Under the pieces are notes generated by a model. The model had not been told where the DNA came from, ran no database searches, and saw only the letters and a list, made by a program, of their open reading frames with translations. The position numbers were made by a program, and so were the translations under genes. DNA of 63,641 bases, filler included, from Platydemus manokwari (lineage: Eukaryota), in the NCBI GenBank assembly GCA_037951405.1. It is 6 parts of 6 records of this genome, joined end to end, with 100 filler letters (N's around TTAATTAATTAA, not from the genome) between each part and the next. Parts side by side here need not be neighbours in the genome. Positions count along the whole stretch, not along the records: positions 20,358 to 31,480 come from JBBMOY010897754.1; positions 31,581 to 43,733 come from JBBMOY010285559.1; 4 more parts are not named here. One strand, given 5' to 3'. The number at the start of each line of letters is the position of its first letter. Position 1 is the first letter of the stretch. Below, in pieces: positions 25,559 to 39,133 of this stretch.

Positions 25559-28500
25559 TTCTTTAAAATTACCTTTAAAATAGTCTCTATAAAAAATTAC
25601 TTTTAAAATAATTTTTATATAAAATTATTTTTTTTAATTTTATATTTTTTAATATAATCATTTAAAAATATTCTTTTATTACTAATCTTAACCTTTTTTG
25701 AATTTTAAACCTCACAATTCTAATAATTTACTCTGTTGTTCCATCTACCCACAGGCACAATAACATATATCACTCGTTTGTTTTCAACAAGAATTTAGAT
25801 TATTCCATTATATTATTATGTCCATTATTGATTCATGCAAGATTTCATAATTTTTTGACTGAGAAAATAAAAATATTAGTTTTGGAGTCATTTTTAAAAT
25901 ATTTAATTAGCCTCAGGAAAACAGAAAATAATTATTTTGTAAATTTAAACTTTTTTCGAGGTTTCATCTGAAACAAGAAGCGACTAAACAGATTTATTTC
26001 CATGCGAAAAAGGTTTTCCAAAACAAAATGAATAGAAATCACAAAAATAAATTAAAATCATTTATATAATTAATTAATTGATTGTTTATCATTACCGTTT
26101 GGTATAAAGTGTTTTCCGGAGACCACTTCAAAAATCTTCTGCCAATCACAACTGTATTTGGGGATCTAGTTACAGTCTTAATTGACTTTTTCTTTGAACT
26201 TGTATTTCTCTTTCCTTTATTGATTTATGACTTCTAGTAGAATTCTTAACGATTTTCTATATCTTAGATGGAGATTATAATATCTTGTCGCAATATGTGT
26301 ATAAAATATTTAGAACTTTCCTGTTGATGAAAGAACTCCGTGTGTTTAGTTACTTTCTTATCCAAAATTTCCGTGACCAAAAATAAATTTTTAATTACAT
26401 GAGTTTGGGATTATTATTATTAAAATTTAATATATAGTTTTAGAAATTCAGTCGATGTTTTATTACTCAGAAGTGTTTATTATCTACTTCTATGTAAAAG
26501 ATATGAATTGAAGAAGTGAGTCGTACACGACTGGTAAAATTATCATCAAGCAGCAAACAATAATCGATGTGTCTGACATGCTCGAGGAATCAATGTGTTT
26601 TTCGGTTGTGAATGTCATTCTAGTTTTTTTCAATTTAATGGGAAAATATGCGAAAATACAAACAGTCATGGATGTTTGATGTTCTTATATACAATTTTCA
26701 TAAAAAGTATAAATTTCCAATTGGTACCTGATCTTCACTTAATATATCGGTTTTCGCCTAGCAGATAAACCTCTTATAATTTTCTCAGGCATTTTCTTAA
26801 CGAATCAAGAAAATCTCATTGAAATATATTCATTACCATTTTATACAGATCTCTGAATTCAGCTGTTCTATTAATGTGTTCTCTATTGGTTCATTATCCG
26901 GCAATATTATTTTATCTGTTTCTTTAATAAATCGATCAACTGGCCTAAATCATTTGTAAAAATCTAAATCTGAAAATTTATTCGAGACTAAATACCATGA
27001 AAAATAATAAAATCAATTATTCATATTTTAGACAAATAAATATTAAAAAATTCTGAAATAAAATAAATAATTTTTCTGTAAAGATAAAAACATTTTTCGC
27101 ACAAAAAAGTATTATAAAAAATTTTCAAAAATAAAAATAAATAACCTGTTTAAATATATCAAATCGAAATTGTTTTGCCCACCTCAAGGTCATGGAAAAA
27201 TCATATCATAATCTAATTTTAGTAACTATGTTAGTGTTAAAAATAAAATATTCTAATTTAATAATATTTTTCGACTAAATTTATGGCTTGATACTAAATT
27301 TATTAAATTATTGTCATTTTATAAATTCCAGACTCACGCCTATTTCAAACTTCATGGTCTTTTAAAACTTGATAAGAACTCGCTCTTGGTTCTCCGTCTT
27401 TGTTTTAATTAGAGACATGGCAAGCTCCTTACTGTTTCCTCGAAGTTACTTTACATCCACATTAGAATTTCATTAATTATGTGTCAATTGTCTAAATTTA
27501 AATTTAATTTAACTAAATTCAATTTATTGATTTATTAGTATATATATTTTAAATATTATTTGATTATATTAACCGTAGTCGGAATAATTCAAAGATTTTA
27601 AAACCCTAATGATTTTTTTTTAATATTAAGCTTATATCATCAAATTTTTACAAATTGTACATTCGTATTTTGAACACAAAAATTTTCAAATCTATAACAT
27701 ACCAACGGCTTTGAAAATCCCGTTTGCTTCATATCAACTACTTTTATATAAATAACATAATAAATAGTTATTATTCGGTGTGATTACATTAGCTACTACA
27801 TAACTTGTCTCCACAATCAAAGCTGAATAAGTAAAATCTCAAACATATTTTTCAATTCTGATTTCCTTATACACGCACTGCATTAAATGACTTATCTGTT
27901 CAATGAATGGTATGATGTCAAACATTATTAATAAAAATAGCCAATTCCCAGTTTGTATCTCACGGCAACATCATTTCAACAATTGCCAGGAAATTCAATT
28001 GATTAGGGCTAGTTTATCAGAGAAACATTATACCATTTATGTATCATTTGGTAGATGTATCTGAGGCTCTTTTCATCGCACAATTTATTTAATGAGAATC
28101 GGTTAGGATCATCTATTTGATGTATGTTTCTATAAGCTTATAAAGTCGGTGTCTTTTCAAATTATATGATGCTTATGCATGTCTTGAAACAATGACTGGC
28201 TTGTTGGATGTCTTGCTTTGAAGTGAATATTTTTTTAAGATATTTTTAAAGATTTTTAAGAATATTTTGCAACTCAATTTTATTTCGCACTATATTGACA
28301 AAAAGAATATAAGTACAGATTTCATAATCCTTCGTACTTATCAGCATCCGGAAAGAATCTCAAATTCACAATTTGATAATTCTCACATTGGTGAATTCGA
28401 ACCCATCACCATTTTCCTCTAATACTTGCATTGATTGCATTTTGATTTCATAAAAGAATATCCCTGGAAAATATTAAAATGTACGATTTATTTCAAAAAC

Positions 28501-29519
28501 TCAACTCGAGTTTAAAATTAACCCCATTTATTATGGATTGAGTTTTCTCTTATTATGCTTTTATTTTCTTTATTAATAATCTTTTTACTAATCGATTTCT
28601 AGATTTCTGTAGTGCCGGCCTCTGGTAGTCCTTTTGGGACTGAGCAATATTTGCATAAATTAAATTAGCATTCTAATAAAAGAAATATAAATATTTATAA
28701 ATTCTGATCATGAAATATAAGAAAACCAGGGAAATCCGAACGGTCCAAATTCAACAGATAGAGCAGTAATATAAATTAATTCCCATTACGGAATAGCCTT
28801 ATTATTTCATTCAATTGCAGAATATACTTATCTGGGTTATCGATTATTATTATTGGTAATAATTTCAATTGAGTAAAAAAAATCGATAATTTTGTGACTT
28901 TAATTGCTAAATCAATAGATTATTATATTAAATATTATTTATTTAAATATTATTTTTAATTTGAATTTTATAAGAGACGAATTTAATATATTAATGCACA
29001 ATCTTAACAAATCAATGCGTCTCTTAAATTATTGTATTGAAATTCATAAAAGGTCTTATTTTTGTTCTGAACAAAAGCGCATCTGTCTATTAGTTGTATT
29101 TTAAGACACATGTCCTTATCTTCCTCTTCCTCAAAAAGTTGATAATTCAATTTATATCTGAAAGCTTACAAACCATATGATAATCCTTGTTTTATTTTAT
29201 TATTTTCTTCGCAAATTTCCAGTATAGTTTAGGCCATACAATTCACATAATAATATCATCGATTTTCAGAAATATTTTTGACATCTTTCATCTCAAAACA
29301 CTTCTAATATTTTTCTCTATCAAAAATTTCTCACCCAATCACCTTATTTCTTCAACATTATTCCATAAAATCAATGTTAATATAAGCATAAAAAAATTTA
29401 CCGTTTTCCACAACCAAATTTTAATTTTTTTCTAATCTATATATATATAATCTATATATTTGTGAAAATCGCTTGTGCAATTACACTACAAGTGTTAGCA
29501 AACCATATCAGAGCTTAAA

Positions 29520-30100
29520 CATAGTCTTCATCAGCTTCAATGACACTCTGGAATTGACGTGTAAAATTTTGAAACTCGCTTGTTAGTTTGGCCTCCGGAT
29601 GTTGACTCCAAATATTGACGAAAATCGTTGCTCATCTCTCCTGAATTACCGAAGTTTTTTACACGTAAGTAGCACTCGTAGTTCCTGGAAATAAAGCGAT
29701 CCATGAGGTTTGTGTCGGATGAGTAGTCCGGCGGTTTTAATAGAGACACGCGATGTTTTTCAAGCCAAAGTCAATGACCATTTTCCAAGCAGGTAGTCTT
29801 CTTTGAAAGTTTAAAATCATATTCTGCAGGAATTGTAAGTATCTGTCAGTGTTGATGGATCCACCATCGTGAAGAATTTCAAAATACGTGAGTAATTTTA
29901 CATAGTTGCTGGCAACAATAATCAGAACTTTGCGATCAGATATTGTCCGCCTCGCAATAGTGGGACTATCATCTGTGCCATCCATCGAAAACACGGTTGC
30001 ATTCTTTTGGAGGTACGTCTCAAAACTAAATTCATTCCTTAGCCCCTTTTGCTGAATAAACATTCAACATTTTTTGACAGTAAGTGACTCAGATTCTCTT
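29520..30100 (-). mobile_element. IS630-Tc1-mariner transposase pseudogene fragment
   Basis: ORFs 29737-30063 (KVLIIV..., GSINTDRYLQFL) and 29537-29749 (PPDYSSDTNLMDRF, compare PPYSPDLNP) match the DDE/D catalytic region. The middle (HDNA) block is missing and the frame is shifted. Confidence 0.65.
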
Positions 30101-30104
30101 CTTA

Positions 30105-31410
30105 TTATCCTTCGAAATGTGAGGAATCCATCTGCTGCAAAGTTACTTCTTTCCAAGTTATTTCAAATATAGAATGTTGAATTGAGCTATTATATGCTTC
30201 ACTGATAATAAATTCTATCCGAGGAATTAATTTATCCCAAGCCTTTTTTCCGGATTCCAGCGTTGTTACTATCACGTCACGGAGGGTTCTAATCATTCTT
30301 TTGGCTAAGCCATTTGTCTTGTGTTGGTGTGGAGAGGTAAATTCGTGATTTATTCCAAAAAGAGTCGCTAATTCTTTCACTTCCCTACCCTCAAAGACTC
30401 AACCTCGACTAGTGAGCATTTATTTTGGAGCACCATATTTATAGATCCTATTATCAGTGATAGACTTCGAAATACTGATTTCATCTTGTCGAATAAGTGG
30501 CACCAAGCTTTCTAACTTACTAACTCCTCATGAAGGTATGTCATTAGTTTCTGCGATCTTGTTCTTCACGTATTGTTTAGAGATTCCATGTGATTAACTA
30601 GTGCATGACGATATTCCTTTACACCAAAATTTATTTCCTGCAAGATTGGCTTGCTTTTTGAACGAAGTCTCCTTCTAAAGGCTTTTTCTTGGGTTGCTTT
30701 AAAATACCGACTGAGCATATGTCTTTTTGATGGCGTTTATCGGCTTCGTCAGAGTTAACTTCTCCATATTGACAACCAACTCTCTTCTCCTATCGTCGGA
30801 CATTGCAGGATCAAGAGAAAAACACTCTTTCAGTTTCTTGTTATTTAGACCTTGTAGAATAAATAGTCTTGAAATCTCTTCAAATGTGTTTTCCTTGTCA
30901 AACACCTTTGCCACTAATTTCTTTACCCAAAGTTGATAATTTCAGTACTTTTCATCAGTACTTTTTGCTGCAATACGGAACCTTGTCGTCGATTGTTTTG
31001 GCATATGAGAAAGTTTCCAAAAATCATTTCTCAATTAATTCATTTGAATCGGCTTCTTTGAAACTGCTGAATTATTGCCACAGTTGTTGGCGTCATTTCT
31101 CAACAGCAAGTCAAATACAAAGGATAGTTCGATTTAATTAAATGTGGCAAAATCCTTGGTAGTCTGGAACTATTTTTTAGAATCTTGGATTGATGCATCA
31201 AAACATAACGGCTTCGGAATCAATAACTCCTGAATTTTTTGGTGTCAGATTCGCAAAAATTTTCTGCCTCTCTTTTGTTTTGCTGTCGTAAAAGCATTTA
31301 TTTCGATGTGGTCGCCAGTAAAAACATTGTTCGTTTCAATCAAAAATTATTATATAAAAATTTATTGTTTCAGAAGTCACGAGCATTTTTTCGAATATTT
31401 AAACAAATAT
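30105..31410 (-). mobile_element. Internally deleted Ty3/Gypsy element (family A): 5' LTR, PBS, gag remnant, integrase fragment
   Basis: Integrase core FTSPHQHKTNGLAKRMIRTL (30105-30380); gag-like ORF 30699-30914; PBS TGGCGACCAC at 31317-31308; the adjacent ~31318-31410 resembles the LTR at 34263-34355. No protease/RT/RNase H between gag and integrase. Confidence 0.8.
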
Positions 31411-31480
31411 TAGGCTGAGTCAAAAGTTATTCATGTTTTTTAGTTGTTTAAAGTTTTTGTTTTACCAAATCATTTAAACA

Positions 31481-31580
31481 NNNNNNNNNNNNNNNNNNNN
31501 NNNNNNNNNNNNNNNNNNNNNNNNTTAATTAATTAANNNNNNNNNNNNNNNNNNNNNNNNNNNNNNNNNNNNNNNNNNNN
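31481..31580. other. Artificial contig linker
   Basis: N44-TTAATTAATTAA-N44. Confidence 0.97.
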
Positions 31581-31978
31581 ACAGTTAACTTTTAAAATAC
31601 AAAATTCTGGTGGTTTTAAATATTGTAATGTATTAATCGTAATTGACAATTGAAAAGATAGCACATAAATGTAAATATTAAAATAACTAACTTGTTTGTT
31701 GGAAACGGACTCATTCTACTTTCAAAATAAAATCCATTTGATACATTTTATATTTATTTAATATCAATTTTCTTTGTAAGACATTAATTTTTAAGATTTA
31801 TTTTAAAATAAGGCATCTACTTTACATAATATGCTGAATTAATTAACCTATTCTAAAACATCTACAATTCCATAATAGTTTGCATTTACTAAATTAACTT
31901 CTTAATGCCATCATAGGAATTTGTTAACAATAAAATTTGAAAAAGAAACTATTTAATTTTACTTTCAAAAATTCAAAC

Positions 31979-32398
31979 CTGATGACTTGTAATTTTTTCA
32001 ATTCCACTTGTTGAACCTTTGAGTTTAAATTGAGGAGAAATTCCAAATTTGAAAAAATTCTCTTTTTGTTCTGAAACATTGACGGGCCAAATATCACTCT
32101 GAAACTGTATTGATGAGCATTGTTGATCATCATTTTTTGCATTTGAATGCTTTGGCATCGATGATATTGAATTACAACTTAAAAGCGATCTACTTTTCTT
32201 TAAATTTGTATCGTTAACATCTTCCAAGTATCCTTCTACCTGTATTTCACACAAATTTTCACAAATATCATCGCATTTACGAAAATCATATTGGTTAACG
32301 ATTGTTGTTTTGAGAAGTTTATAAGAATTTACGTTAGCTTCATTTAAAAAGCTTTCGTGTTCTTTTAAAACAATTTTTTGGCTCAAATGTAAATCCAT
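31979..32398 (-). CDS. Probable coding exon of an unknown gene running off the contig end
   Basis: 140 open codons from an ATG in very AT-rich DNA, ending at a phase-0 donor CAG|GTTTGA. A candidate downstream micro-exon TAG|AAT GAG TCC GTT TCC AAC AAA CAA|GTTAGT lies near 31693-31716. No recognisable domain. Confidence 0.4.
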
Positions 32399-34262
32399 TT
32401 CAAATAAATCTCAAAATGTAGTTCGCCTTTAAAATAATTTCAAACCAAGTTTTGTAACTGGCGAATTTTAATATTTGCTTAGCGTTATTATTTTATTGAA
32501 TGGTTATTGATATTTTTATACCAAATAAAAGATTATGAACATGTTAATAATATACATTGATATTCATGGGGTTTAATTTTTTGATTAATTTTTTTATTAT
32601 AAAATTATGCTTGTATTTTCAGTGAAAACAAATATTTGATATAAATATCATCAAGCAAAGGTGAAAAATCAATGTTGATTTAATAATTCTTAAGGCTACC
32701 AATCTATTGAATTACCACTTCGTGTGCATATGATTCATATAATATTCAATGATATCGATGATATTGATCAACAATAACTGTGTGATTTTTTTAAGTAAAT
32801 AGCGGCTAAAATTAAACAAATAAACAAAACGTTTTAATAACCTAGTAGTGCTTTACAATCAAATATCTCTTATAGCAAGTCTATAATTCAATGATTTTGG
32901 TTTTCTGCAATTTTATTTCTCAAAAAAATCAAGATATTGATGGATCCTACAAACAATTAATTAAGATCTGACTTCAAAAAAGAAGGCATATATATTATAT
33001 TTGCTTGTGTACTATTGAGTACACCTACATATAAACTATACTTCACCAGATGTCGACCAAAACTTGGCTTCCAACTGGCCGTTGGCCATCTTTACATCGA
33101 TTTTTATATTCGAGGTCTGTATGTAATTTTTATGTCATGCTATATCATATTTTGATTCGATATTTGATTTTCCACGTTATTATTGTTTTTTAAAGTTTTT
33201 CCACATGTGGGATTGGTCAATCCCTGTGAATGCGTTGTTGTGTAGATATGCCACTTTTCCCAATTGTCGTTTACCATCTAACTTCACTCTGATTGGCTGA
33301 TTGGTGTATTGTTGTGAGGACATGTAAATGTTTAAAGTATTAAAACAGGGGTTCCAAGGTGAAAATCCGGTTTTCATTTTGGAGAATTTCATCTCATTCA
33401 ACAATACCCTTTAAACCTTTTAACTGTCAGAAGAGATATTAAAACATTTTAGAATAAGACTTGATAATATTAAATAATGAGACTTGATCATCGTTATTCA
33501 CTAAATACTATCAACAAAATGATGTAATATATTTACTTTGTATGGCAAATGAATGTAAACTAAATTAAATGAAATTCAGTTGGGTTTGTTAGTCCACGAT
33601 TACATGAACGTGTATAACTTTGTTTTCATCGAGTTTGTTCTTGTTGACCTTAAATATATATCTACCTTCTTATTGTTTGAACGCAAATGGTATTGATGAA
33701 AGTGTGGATTTTCTAATTGCTATTATTGTATTTGTTGCTTACCAAAGAATTGATTGTTTTTTCTTTCTAACATCTTTTAATTCTATAAATTGTTATCAAG
33801 TTAGTCAAGTACTCCTGCTAAATGTCTAATATTGTGATTTTTCTCTTAATCAAATGACCTTTTGTAATTAAATATTGGTTTGTTTTTTTCACCGGAATCG
33901 ATAATTCATAAATTCGTAAAACTAAATTTATTAATCAGGTTTCGCCTGACCTTCATTCATTTTTGCATATGACTTATTTTTATTTCTTATTTATGTATTC
34001 AACGTTTACTTTAATTTATATTTGCTTAAATTATATTGTAAAACGACATCTACCTAAACAGTGATAATCTACAGATTTCGCAGTACTTCGAAATGGTAAA
34101 TTTTAATTCAATTATTCCAACATAACAAAATATAAAATAAAATATCTGATATTCCGTTTTTTCTAAATAAATACAAAGCAAAGAAGATCGAATATTTTTA
34201 TCTATATTTATATAATTATTAATCTTGTACAATACCTTATAATATTTACTATAAAATAAAAA

Positions 34263-35760
34263 GTTAAAACATCGTTTGCTTCCATTAAAATTTATTTATT
34301 TTAAAATCACTCGCGTTTCTTTCAATATTCAAACAAAACTCATTTTTATCTAACATCCCTCTCCTGTTGATTTTGATATCCTTTTAGCCACTCAATTCTT
34401 CAAGGTTTTGGCTGTTCTTGGAAATCAATAAGTACTTGATGTGGGCTTAAAAATTTCAAAATTCTGTGAAGGACCTTCATAATGATCTCCACTCTTTTTT
34501 TATCTTGTGTGGTTCTTTCTTCACTTAAACTTCTTCTCCAACATCGAAAATTCTACAACCTCATTTTTGAGCATCAAATTTCCTTAAATTTGTGGTTACT
34601 GATTTTAGATAGTTTTCCGTTTCTTTGATGACATGGTCGCGGTGGCTTTAGTCGTAACCCATGCATATTAATTCTTAGTCCAAAACAATATTTCAAAAGG
34701 AGAATGTTGAATTGAAATCTGATATGTTGCATTGATGATGAATTCTATCCGAGGTATTAATTTATCCAAAGCTTGCTTCTTTGATACCATCGTTGTTACC
34801 ACCATGTCTCTGACCGTCCTAATTATCCTTTTGGCTATGCTGTTTGCGTGATGTTGGTATGAGAGGTAAATTCTTGTTTTATTCCTAAAAGTATTGCTAA
34901 TTCCTTCATTTCCCTTCCCTCAAAGACTCGACCCCAATCAGTGAGCATTGACTTTGGAGCAGTGTACCTATATATCCAATTTTCCATGATGGACTTGGAA
35001 GTACTGGTCTCGACTTATCGAATAAGTGGCACTAAGCTTAATAACTTACTGAATCTATCTACAAAAACCAACAAGTATTTGGTTTTAGTCACAAATTGTC
35101 CAAAGTACGCAACATCAACAACAATCTGTTTCAGAGGACCAAACTCTTCTCTTGGAATCATAATCTCTGTAGTCCGTCCAGTGTATACATTCCGTTTTGC
35201 ACAAATATCACAATTTCGTACCTCACGATCGATGCTTCGAGACATATTTGGCCAGAAGTAAATTTTTTGAATATAATCGACCAATTTCTTATTACCAATA
35301 TGGCAGAACTCCTCATGAAAGTATCCCGCTAGTTTTTGCTTATAAATCTCTGACACAACAATTCGTTTCTTTCCATTCTCATTATACACCACCATATCTT
35401 CAAACAATTCATTTTTCTCTAAACTGTTAAAATATTTGCTTTTCTTTACCGCTGAATTGACTTCTGTTTCTGTTTTCATTAATCATTTTCAAATGGAACC
35501 AACGACAGTTTAATCTTTTTTATTTCGTCATTATTTCCTATTGAATGCTCAACAACATTAATAAACCGACTTTTTGGTTTACCTTCTTTAGCCCCTTGGT
35601 GCGGAGTTAAGCATTGTGAACAAAATTTTTCGACTTTCCTTGAGAGTCCATTTACATTTCCATGATCTGATCCTTTCCTATATTGAAGTCCGAAATTAAA
35701 TCCGGATAAGTTTGCAAACCATGTTTGAAACTGAGGGCTAATCGGTTTGTTAGTATCTCT
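34263..35760 (-). mobile_element. Ty3/Gypsy 3' portion (family A): RNase H end, integrase, PPT, short 3' LTR
   Basis: WFANLSGFNFGLQYRKGSDHGNVNGLSR (RNase H end). HHCC integrase FHEEFCHIG..YFWPNM..CDIC and VDRFSK (ORF 35015-35479). PPT CAGGAGAGGGA at 34366-34356, then a TG-starting LTR 34355-34263. DNA is clearly similar to 30160-30520. Confidence 0.88.
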
Positions 35761-37612
35761 CTTTCAATAATGATTTATAATCCACTGTTTCCATATACTG
35801 CGTTACAGGTTTTTAATAATTCAAATGTATAGGCATATTGTTTATCCGTAAATACATGAAATAAAATGGTGTTTCTCATGTCAACTCATGTAATGCATTT
35901 CTATATACAAAAATTTCTATACAAAAATCTAAGTCACTTTCAGTTCTTCGGGTATATGACGATAGCATGCTGATTAAAATGTCATTGAATCTCTTTGGTA
36001 ATTCATCTGTTTATGGGTGATAAGGTGATGTATTTAATTTTAAGATCCAGAATAGATACGTTATAGCTTTGAATATTTCACTAAAAAGATTGGTACCACC
36101 GTCAGTTAGTAGTTTCCTAGGAGTCCCTAAATGAAAAACTATATTTTATTCAAATATATGTAATTGTTTCTGCTTTTTAATTTCTAACTACGGAAAATAA
36201 TTGCAAAATTCTAGTATATGTCTATTGCCATTTTTAGTTTCAGGGAATGGTCCAACTATGTCCATTGCTTTCATTTTCATTATTAATCCGTGCACCAGTA
36301 TTTTGCCTGGTTATATATACTTCTCAAAATGTTCACCAGGATCTAACATTCCCAATTGTAGCCCAATACTATTTTGATTTCAGGCTCGATAATATCTTTC
36401 ACGAGGATAAATGACATCCTTAAACACCGTCACTGTACTGCACAAGTAATATATGTTTTTGTTTTTGTGGTACCACCAGTAATATATATTTACCGATGTA
36501 ATATATTTATTAAATTTGTATATATTAAATATTCGGGCAGTATTAATTGTTTTGGGTCTACTTTGTAAACTCGTTTTTCCAGTAATAATTTGATTCGTTT
36601 AATTTCAATATGGTTTTCCTGATCCTCATAGATTTTTCATGCACGAGGTTTTCCTGGAGTCATTTCAATCTTCTTTCGTTACCAACAGGGTACCTACATT
36701 TGTATTCGATTTTCCGGATCTGTATGTGATTTTAATATCATGTTGAAGGAAGCGTCATGACCCATTTACTTAGTCTAGTACTAACATATCTATGATTCAA
36801 AAGCCATTTTAGAGGGTTATGATCCGTATTAGTTTTAGTCTTTTTGATTACTTTTCATTCTGTTTTTGACTTCCGGCGCTGATCCCATCTTGAGTGATTT
36901 TCTTTGTGAATTGTGAAAAGATTTGTTGTCGTTGCTGAGACTTTGAGTGTAATATTTTAGTTTATACAATTTTCAGATATAAATTTGTGATTGATAACCC
37001 ATCAAATGTGTTACTGCAAGAATTATTGCTGATGCTTCAATTCTATAGTCGAGTGATTTTTTTCATGTTTTGTCAAAGCCTTACTTGCATATTCATTAAC
37101 GCGGTCTTTTTCACCACCATCCTGAAGTCCCAATGCCAGTTAAATTGCAAATCCTCTTGCATCTGTGATTACAATAAAAGGTCACTTCCTACCTGGATGT
37201 CACAATATGGAGTTAGTGTCTTTTTTTAATAATTAAAAAGCTTCTTGTTATTGATTTGCCATTGAAATGGTGCATTTCTCTTTAATAGAGTGTTCATGAG
37301 GATGAGCAATATGTGAGAAATCTTGTTTAAATTTTGTATAGTAATCAGGAAGACCAAGAAAAGATCTAACTTCATCAACATTGGATAGAATCGGAAATTT
37401 TATCTACTCGCGCTGAGTTTGGTTTCAGATCTTCTCTGGAAATTGTATGGTAAATGTATAGCCCATCCCCACTGAGAAGCTCTAATTTTAAAGTTTGATA
37501 ATTTTAATCTTTTAAATCGAATGGTAATACATTGAATTCGAATAACCCATCATCATCGGCACACAATATCCTTTGTTTAAATCAATAGTAGAAAATATCT
37601 GGGAATTTCCTA
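35760..37612 (-). mobile_element. Degenerate Ty3/Gypsy pol (family B): RT, RNase H, integrase
   Basis: In order on the minus strand: IFSTIDLNKGY, GLFEFNVLPF, EVRSFLGLPDYY, LQHDIKITYRSGKSNTN, AMDIVGPFP, GTPRKLLTDGGTN, SPYHP. Multiple stops and deletions. Confidence 0.85.
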
Positions 37613-37918
37613 TTATTTTTTTATTGTATTAATTTAATTGTTTGCTTTTAATTAGTAAAGCAAAATTTCACATTCACCACAAATCATCGAAAAAGAAAAA
37701 ATTCACAACGATACACTTATTTTATTGAAAATTTATTCTTAAATTTTTCCGAATAGTGTCTGTGAAGTTTATTTAAAAATACTAAAAATAATTAAAATTA
37801 GTAAAGTTACAAAAAATAATTTTAAATAAAAAATAAGGATGTGAGCAATTTTATAATTAAAAAAGAAGTTAATCAGATGAAAACAAATTTTAATGTTTTA
37901 AAATTTGTTTAAAATGGA

Positions 37919-38006
37919 TGTATTATAAATATATATATTTTTTGTTTTGTTGAAAATATGTATTTTGATTTAAATATTAAAAACGAAGAAGTTTTAGCAA
38001 CTAATA
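37919..38006 (+). mobile_element. Diverged solo LTR related to the mini-LTR element at 24805-25558
   Basis: AAAAACGAAGAAGTTTTAGCAACTAATA matches the LTR end AAAAATGAAGAAGTGTTAGCAACTAACA and is colinear over ~88 bp; no internal domain adjacent. Confidence 0.6.
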
Positions 38007-39133
38007 GCATCATTATTTTAAGGTTGTTATATAGGAATTATCCAATCATAAATTCCTGTTTCAGTCTTTCATAGGCCTCAGATCAGACACATATAGGACT
38101 GAATCAATCTCTGAGAATGATTATTCCTAGCCGAGTTCTGATTTTGATTGATGATCTCAGTGAAATTTAATTAGAGATGAGAATTTTAGTTAATAATTAT
38201 ATAATTAATTATAATTAATATATTAATTATATAGGATGCATACGCACCCCCTGGTATATATAGCGAAAAAAATTCAAATAAAAAAAATTATTCTATCTCC
38301 AAATCTATGATTTTATATTGTCATGAGTGAAAAAGTTATAATTGATTATAATAATTTATTTTGCAATACATTTAAATTTTTTCCAATAAATTTTGATTTA
38401 TTTAATTTTATTTGAACATTAATGATAATTCTAAAATTAACAGTGTTAATGTTAGATATCGCTTTAATTTGTCTGAAATCTTTAATCGTAGGTCATGGCA
38501 AATGATCAATTTTTTGACCAACTGCTAATATTTTCCGTAATTGTGAATTTCTAATTCTTAGCTCGGTTTTTTGTTGTGTGGAAATGGTTAATGAATATTT
38601 TATATAAAACTCTAATGGTATGAGGCTTGGAATCTCAATTTTATTTTCAGAGTACATTATACGATACCAGTTTGCACCAACTCATGGTGAAAATTTTAAA
38701 GATCATATAATAGCGAGAGATAACTCAGATTTCCGTATTCTTTGTTTATGAAATGAGCTTCTTCATTTTTTCATGATATTTTCTGAGGGGATTTCACGTT
38801 TCTGAGGCGAAAAGATGCTCCGAAATACCAAAATTACATCCCAAAAACAATGATTCTCATGTCGGAGATTTTGTAAAAAATTTTAATGTCTCATTAAAGT
38901 GTGAACATACCTCTCATTTTAAAAAAATTACGTGTATTTCAAAAATACAACATCGTGTACATTGAATGCATTTTTGCCTATATAAACTTGCAAACGTAAC
39001 GAATACACACTCACTTAAGATTTAAGCAGTGAGTCAAATAAATTTATATTTATTTTTGTAGAACTCGAATAGGAATTTTTAACATCAGGTTAACGAAATT
39101 AAATTGGTGTATTGTAAATTTTAATTGAACAAA

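Noticed and set aside
26000-28500. Possible decayed hAT/MULE-type transposase
   Set aside because: Only isolated short motif-like fragments (e.g. HFKARHP); not enough to support a call.
34941-35430. Three plus-strand ORFs
   Set aside because: Antisense shadows of the Gypsy integrase.
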